Source: Candidatus Dormiibacterota bacterium (GTDB lineage Bacteria > Chloroflexota > Dormibacteria > Aeolococcales > Aeolococcaceae). From it: a stretch of DNA of 64,000 nt. This document shows, one piece after another, positions 59,801 to 64,000 of this stretch. The DNA lies in assembly GCA_963709585.1 (NCBI GenBank), contig CAVPXI010000004.1, forward strand, positions 224,001 through 288,000, given 5' to 3'. The first letter of the stretch is position 1. Each line of letters begins with the position of its first letter. The translations under genes were made by a program, and so were the position numbers. The notes below the pieces were generated by a model. The model was not told where the DNA came from, did not search any database, and worked only from the letters and a program-made list of their open reading frames with translations.

Positions 59801-61113
59801 TCGCGGCGATCCTGCGCGGCCATCTCGAAGTGACTGGACCGATGACCGCCGATGCACTGTCGGCGCGCACCGGCCTGCGTGCATCAGAGGTGGCGATCGG
59901 GCTCGCGGCCATCGAGGGCGAAGGGTTCGTCATCCGCGGTCACTTCGATCCGGGGACCAGCGACGACCAGTGGTGTGCGCGGCGCCTGCTTGTTCGCATT
60001 CACAGCTATACGCAGCAACGGTTGCGCCGGGAGATCGAACCGGTCACGGCCCAGGATTTCGTGCGCTTCCTGCTTCGCTGGCAACGCGTTGCACCCGGGA
60101 CGCAGCGCGAGGGCCGCGCCGGTGTCGCCGCGACCATCGCGCAGCTTCAGGGCTTCGAGATTCCTGCCGGCGTGTGGGAGGAGACCGTGCTGCCGAGCCG
60201 CGTGGCCGGCTACCGCAGCGCCTGGCTCGACGAGCTGTGCATGTCGGGAGAGGTGGCGTGGGCGCGCCTCCGGGTCCGTGACGATCCCGGCGCGGGGTCG
60301 CCGCCGCGAAGCAGCTCGTCAGCGTCGCGGGCAACCCCGGTGACGCTGGTGATGCGGTCGGATCTCCCGTGGTTGCTCCAGTCGGTGCGCGGCGAGGCGC
60401 AGCCTCTGGAGCCGATCTCGGGCGCGACCCTCGATGTCCTCGACGCGCTCCGCGAGCACGGCGCGCTGTTCACGAGCGACATCGTCACGCTTGCGCGCAG
60501 GCTTCCCAGTGAGGTCGAGGCGGCACTGTGGGACGGCGTCTCCCGCGGCTTGCTCACCGCCGACGGATTCAGCGCTGTCCGCCGCCTGCTCGTGAGCCGC
60601 CGCTTGGGCTCCCGTCCCCACCACCGCGGACTGCGCCACGGGGTGAGCGGCTATTCGTCAGGCGAAGGCAGGTGGTCGCTGATCCCTCGAGTGGCGTCGG
60701 TGGCCGAGCACGACGCCCTCGCCGAGGCGATCGCCGAGCAGTTGCTGGTCCGCTGGGGAGTCGTGTTCCGCGACGTCGTCGCCCGTGAAACCATCGCGCT
60801 GCCCTGGCGCGATGTGGTCTGGGCCCTGCGCCGCATGGAAGCGCGCGGCACCGCGCGCGGCGGACGATTCGTCACCGGTTTTGCCGGCGAGCAATTCGCG
60901 CTGCCGGAATCGGTCGATCAGCTGCGCAGCGTGCGCCGGCGCGAGCGCTCGTCGGAGGTGGTACGCATCTCCGCGACCGATCCGCTGAATGTGGCCGGCA
61001 TCCTGCTTCCCGGTCCGCGCATCACCTCGGTGCGAACCAACACAGTCGTCTTCGAGGACGGGGTGCCGGTCACCAGCGTGGACACCGCCTTCGCAGCGGT
61101 CGCCTCGCACTGA
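56857..61113 (+). CDS. lhr: Lhr-family large DEAH helicase with C-terminal glycosylase-like region
   Basis: APTGSGKT, DEIH, SAT, SLELGID, QRVGRSGH, RGGRFVTGFAGEQFA. Confidence 0.92.
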   Translation: MSDMSTFHPAVRAWFERRFPEGPTPAQREGWPEIAAGRNTLIAAPTGSGKTLAGFLVCIDALYRAADRGEVVEGTTQVVYVSPLKALAVDVQQNLETPLREIAEIGAEMGMTLPTLRAEVRTGDTTQSMRAAMIKRPPNFLVTTPESLYLLVTAQRSRAALTTVTTIIVDEIHAVARDKRGSHLAVTLERLERLCAGPPVRIGLSATQRPIETVARLLVGAGSSRSNPDGSPRCAIVDVGHRRALDVAIELPSGELEAVASREQLGEVLDAIAAHVRAHRTTLIFVNTRRMAERVAHLLAERLGDDAVAAHHGSLSRDRRQRVESQLRAGELRALVATASLELGIDIGPIEMVCQIASPRSIATFLQRVGRSGHSRGGMPKGRLYPMTRDELVECTALLAGVRSGALDAVHPPLLPLDILAQQIIAECAADSWREDDLFELMRKAAPFAELTRDDFDRVVELASDGIPTGRGRVAAYLHRDQINGEVRARRGARLAALTSGGAIPETGDYRVLAEPDDTFIGTVNEDWAIKSSAGDIFLLGSTSWKIRRVVAGTVRVVDAHGAPPSVPFWLGEAPARTEELSREVSDLRSGVDALLAEGGADEAISWVEQRAGVDNDVAAMVVRYLAAGRTALGVVPTLEHIVLERFFDDSGGMQLVVHAPFGGRVNRALGLALRKRFCATFDFELQAAASDDCVLLSLGPQHSFPLEDVPKFLSSNTVEEVLRKAAIFAPMWAVRWRWNLNRSLTVLRFKGGRKNPAPIQRLESDDIMGAVFPQLVACQNENPTGPVEPPDHPLVNQTMHDCLHEVMDVDSLRELVARIERKEVEINFRDTVEPSPLAHEIVNGRPYTFLDDAPLEERRSRAITLRRGLPVEARDLAALDPDAVARVRAEAAPEPRDHDELHDLLIALVVTRAVPSWAGWFDELVERGRALTVTNESQVFWCATERASGVEVLWPGATLAPRPGVLPRALGGASLDRDALIAAILRGHLEVTGPMTADALSARTGLRASEVAIGLAAIEGEGFVIRGHFDPGTSDDQWCARRLLVRIHSYTQQRLRREIEPVTAQDFVRFLLRWQRVAPGTQREGRAGVAATIAQLQGFEIPAGVWEETVLPSRVAGYRSAWLDELCMSGEVAWARLRVRDDPGAGSPPRSSSSASRATPVTLVMRSDLPWLLQSVRGEAQPLEPISGATLDVLDALREHGALFTSDIVTLARRLPSEVEAALWDGVSRGLLTADGFSAVRRLLVSRRLGSRPHHRGLRHGVSGYSSGEGRWSLIPRVASVAEHDALAEAIAEQLLVRWGVVFRDVVARETIALPWRDVVWALRRMEARGTARGGRFVTGFAGEQFALPESVDQLRSVRRRERSSEVVRISATDPLNVAGILLPGPRITSVRTNTVVFEDGVPVTSVDTAFAAVASH

Positions 61114-61149
61114 GTTCAGCGCCCGGGGTCACGGACCGACAGGTCCTCG

Positions 61150-63643
61150 CTATGTAGTTGCCGCCGGGACGGGTTCAAAGAACAGCGCGGCCGGTGCCGG
61201 CTCTGGCGGCGCGTCGGTGAGTGGCCAGAGGATCGTGAACCTGCTACCGCCCTTGGCGTCGCTTTGCGCCTTCACGGTCGCGCCGTGCGCATCGCAGAGG
61301 CGGCGCACCAACGCGAGCCCCATGCCCATGCCGCCATGGCGGCGCGTCCGGCTGTTGTCCTCCTGGTAGAAACGGTCGAAGAGACGCGGGATTGCCTCCG
61401 CGCTGATCCCGATGCCGTCGTCCGCCACGTCGATGCGACAGCGGCCGGTGCCCTTGAGCGGACGGGCGCTGACGCTGACGTGGCCGCCTTCCGCCGTGAA
61501 TTTCACGGCGTTGTCGATCAGCGCGCGGAGCACCTGACGGAAGCGAAACGGGTCCGCGTTCACTGCGGGTGAGCCACGCACGTCGATGGTGAGCTCGACG
61601 GGAAGCTCATCCTTGAAGTGGCGTCGCACGTCAGTAGCGGCGTCGCCGATCGCGGTCGCAACGTCCACGGACGACATGCGCACGTCGATCGTGTCGGAGT
61701 TCACCAGCGCGAAGTCGACGATGGTCTCGACCGTCTCGCCGAGCAGTCGCACCGAGATGTCGACATCACGCACGATCTCGAGGCGGGTCGCATCGTCCCA
61801 TTTGCCCCAGGCGAGGTTGAGCAATTCGATCTGCGCCTGAATGGCGAGCACCGGTGTGCGCAACTCGTGCTGTGCGGTGTCCAGAAAGTCGCTCTTCAAC
61901 TGGTTCAGCTCGCTGAGGCGGCGCACCGCTTCACGTTCCTGCTCGAGGGTGCGGGTGTTCTCCACCGCCACGGCGGCGTTGTTGGCCAGGGTGATCAGCG
62001 CGCGCTCGTCGCTCTCCGCCACCTGACTCTCCGACGCGACGACCAGGACGCCGGTCAGCGCCTCCTGGTAAAGCATCGGCACCGCGATCGCGAGCCGGCC
62101 ACCCCAGTCGAGACGGACGGCGTGGCCGGCGCTCAACTCTTCAACCGGCATGGCTTCGGCCATGTCGGGAATCTCTGGGCCACGGCTCCGCATCCGCAGG
62201 AACTCCGCACCACGTCTTGTGTAGAGGGTCGCGCTCGCCGATCCACCCGCGATGGCATCGGCGGCGCCGAGCACCGCGTCCTGAAGTTGCTCGATGCCCC
62301 CGGTGGTCATCGTCAGCGCCCGCGACACCTCCTGGAGGCGCCCCACCGATCCGTCGATGTGCTCGATATAACCGGCGATCTGTCCGCGCATGCGGTTCAC
62401 CCCGGCGGCCAGCCGCCCGAGCTCGTCGCGCGACGTGACCGGTATGTCGGTCGTGTAGTCGCCGGAAGCGATCCGTTCGACGCCGCGCTCCAGCCGGCCG
62501 ACGGGGCGGCGCACGAACCGATCGACGAACAGCAAGACGAGCAGACACACGACGATGAGCGCGGTGAACGCGATCTGCGCGATCGTTCCCTCATCCTGCG
62601 CGGTTCCGGCGGCGAAGATCGACACCGGGACCTCGACGCCGAGATAGCCGGCGATCGCCGTTGCTCCGGGCGCCTCGAGCGGGACGAAGCTCCCGGCGAC
62701 GGCCCCGACCCCCGCCACCGTGTAGATGGCGTGGGCGACTGCCACGCCTGAGAGCGACGGTGGGTGGGCGACCTGCTGGGTGATCGCCGGGGGTGCGACC
62801 GACGGGGTTGGGGTGGCCGCTTGTGACGTGAACCGGATAAACGTGGTGCCCGAGCCTGAGCCGGCCCTGAGGAAGACCGGCGTGTACCCGATCACCGGCC
62901 CGTACCGCGCGAATTGTGTCTGCAGCGGCGCGCTGTACACGACCACCCCCAGCGGTGCGTTGGTGCCTGCCTGGACGTTGAACACCGGCACGGCCACATC
63001 GAGCGCGGGGAGCCCTCCGGCAAGCATCTCAACGCCCTCGATTCCGGGAGGGCACTGGGCGAGAAGTGCCGGGCTGGCTGCGATGGTCGCGCTGGACTGT
63101 CGACACGCCGCGTTCGCCGCAACCTGCAGGGCATCGCGCACGGATGCGAGGCTGTTGGTGACATGCGGGATGGCGCTCTGCTCGCACGCGCTGGTCGCCG
63201 GATGGGTCACAGCACCTCCCAGGCCGGCTCGGTCGCACTCGCTGGTGTACACGACGGCGCCGCGGCTGTCGAGGATGGCGACCCCGAGTCCCGGCAGGTT
63301 CACGATCCGCTTCTGGGTGAACTCGGTGGCGACAAGCTCGTTCGGGTTGCTGCTGCTCAACGCCATCTGCAGCGATGTCAGCGCAGCGACCGCCGTCGCG
63401 GCGTACTGGGCCTGCGGTTGGACCACGCGCGAGATGAGCTCCGCGGCGACTCCCGCGCGGTTGTCCGCGTTGGACAGTGCGCCGGCGTCGGTCTGCTGCG
63501 AGCGGCTCACCAGCAGGAACCCGCTGACCCCCGCGATCAGGAGCGCGGTGAAGACGATCCCACCGGCCAGAAGGGCCGGCGAGGCTGGTTCGCAGGCCGA
63601 ACCTGGGAACGAAGAGGCTGCGGCCCGGCCGACGCGCACGCAT
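61150..63643 (-). CDS. Membrane sensor histidine kinase (extracellular domain-HAMP-GAF-HisKA-HATPase); probable frameshift near 63575, start uncertain
   Basis: SRDELGRLA, QHELRTP, DNAVKFT, DDGIGI, GMGMGL. Confidence 0.88.
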
Positions 63644-63779
63644 GGATCGAGCCTATTGGGGCAGCGGGGGCGCCGAATGGGTGACCGCTCGCAGTCCGGA
63701 AACGGGGCGGTGACGAACGATCTCGACCGGACCCGGGATGGGGCGTTCCTCAAGGGGCTGGGAACCGTACGCTTACGGC

Positions 63780-64000
63780 ATGCACTTTCGCCCCCGGAGA
63801 CGCTCGGAGTTCGTCGCGGCTCAGCCCGGGCGTACCGGGGCGGGTGCGGCACTCAAGCGCTGGACGATCCCGGTCATCGGAGCGCTGACCCCGACGGCAC
63901 TCATCGTGGTCAACATCTCGATCTTCATCGCCAAGAACCTCACCGAGTTCCGCTGGACCATCTCGATCCTCGCCTTCGTGAGCGGGCTGATGCTCAACTC
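63780..64000 (+). CDS. Partial membrane protein running off the window
   Basis: Open frame from ATG 63780 with hydrophobic segments. Confidence 0.45.
   Translation, partial: MHFRPRRRSEFVAAQPGRTGAGAALKRWTIPVIGALTPTALIVVNISIFIAKNLTEFRWTISILAFVSGLMLN

Noticed and set aside
56857-61113. Lhr plus LURP-one gene as a novel defence system
   Set aside because: Lhr looks like an ordinary full-length repair helicase with its own TAAAAT -10, and there is no evidence of coupling or of nuclease partners.

Overview
This is a high-GC bacterial chromosomal segment. Gene order and content suggest a Terrabacteria lineage such as Ca. Dormibacterota or Chloroflexota-like, but that is inference only. 1-13.9 kb holds housekeeping and metabolic genes (TlpA, MDMPI, NrtR, PLD, lon, trpD, RNase H, RNase P RNA, pepE). 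14-34.5 kb is a dcw cluster (mraZ-rsmH-ftsL-ftsI-mraY-murD-ftsW-murG-[Mpl-like murC]-murB-ddl-hydrolase-murF-ftsQ) with no murE, separated from ftsA-ftsZ-nrdR by metF and a Zn-dehydrogenase. 35-49 kb holds yggS, ileS, lspA, rluD, gmk, coaBC, priA, def, fmt, smpB, hflX, an MFS gene and tmRNA. Downstream of tmRNA is an accessory region with a duplicated att-like segment, orphan secreted proteins, a MazEF-type toxin-antitoxin pair and a NarL-type two-component system, followed by lhr and a sensor kinase. About ten single-base frameshifts, some in ftsZ and fmt, look like assembly indels. The best leads are tandem NrdR-box-like motifs in front of ftsA-ftsZ-nrdR, an Mpl-like ligase in place of murC with a membrane-anchored MurF cassette, an IleRS2 with the swapped GxHH motif, and traces of repeated integration at tmRNA. 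I found no CRISPR array, intact integrase or clearly novel multi-gene system.
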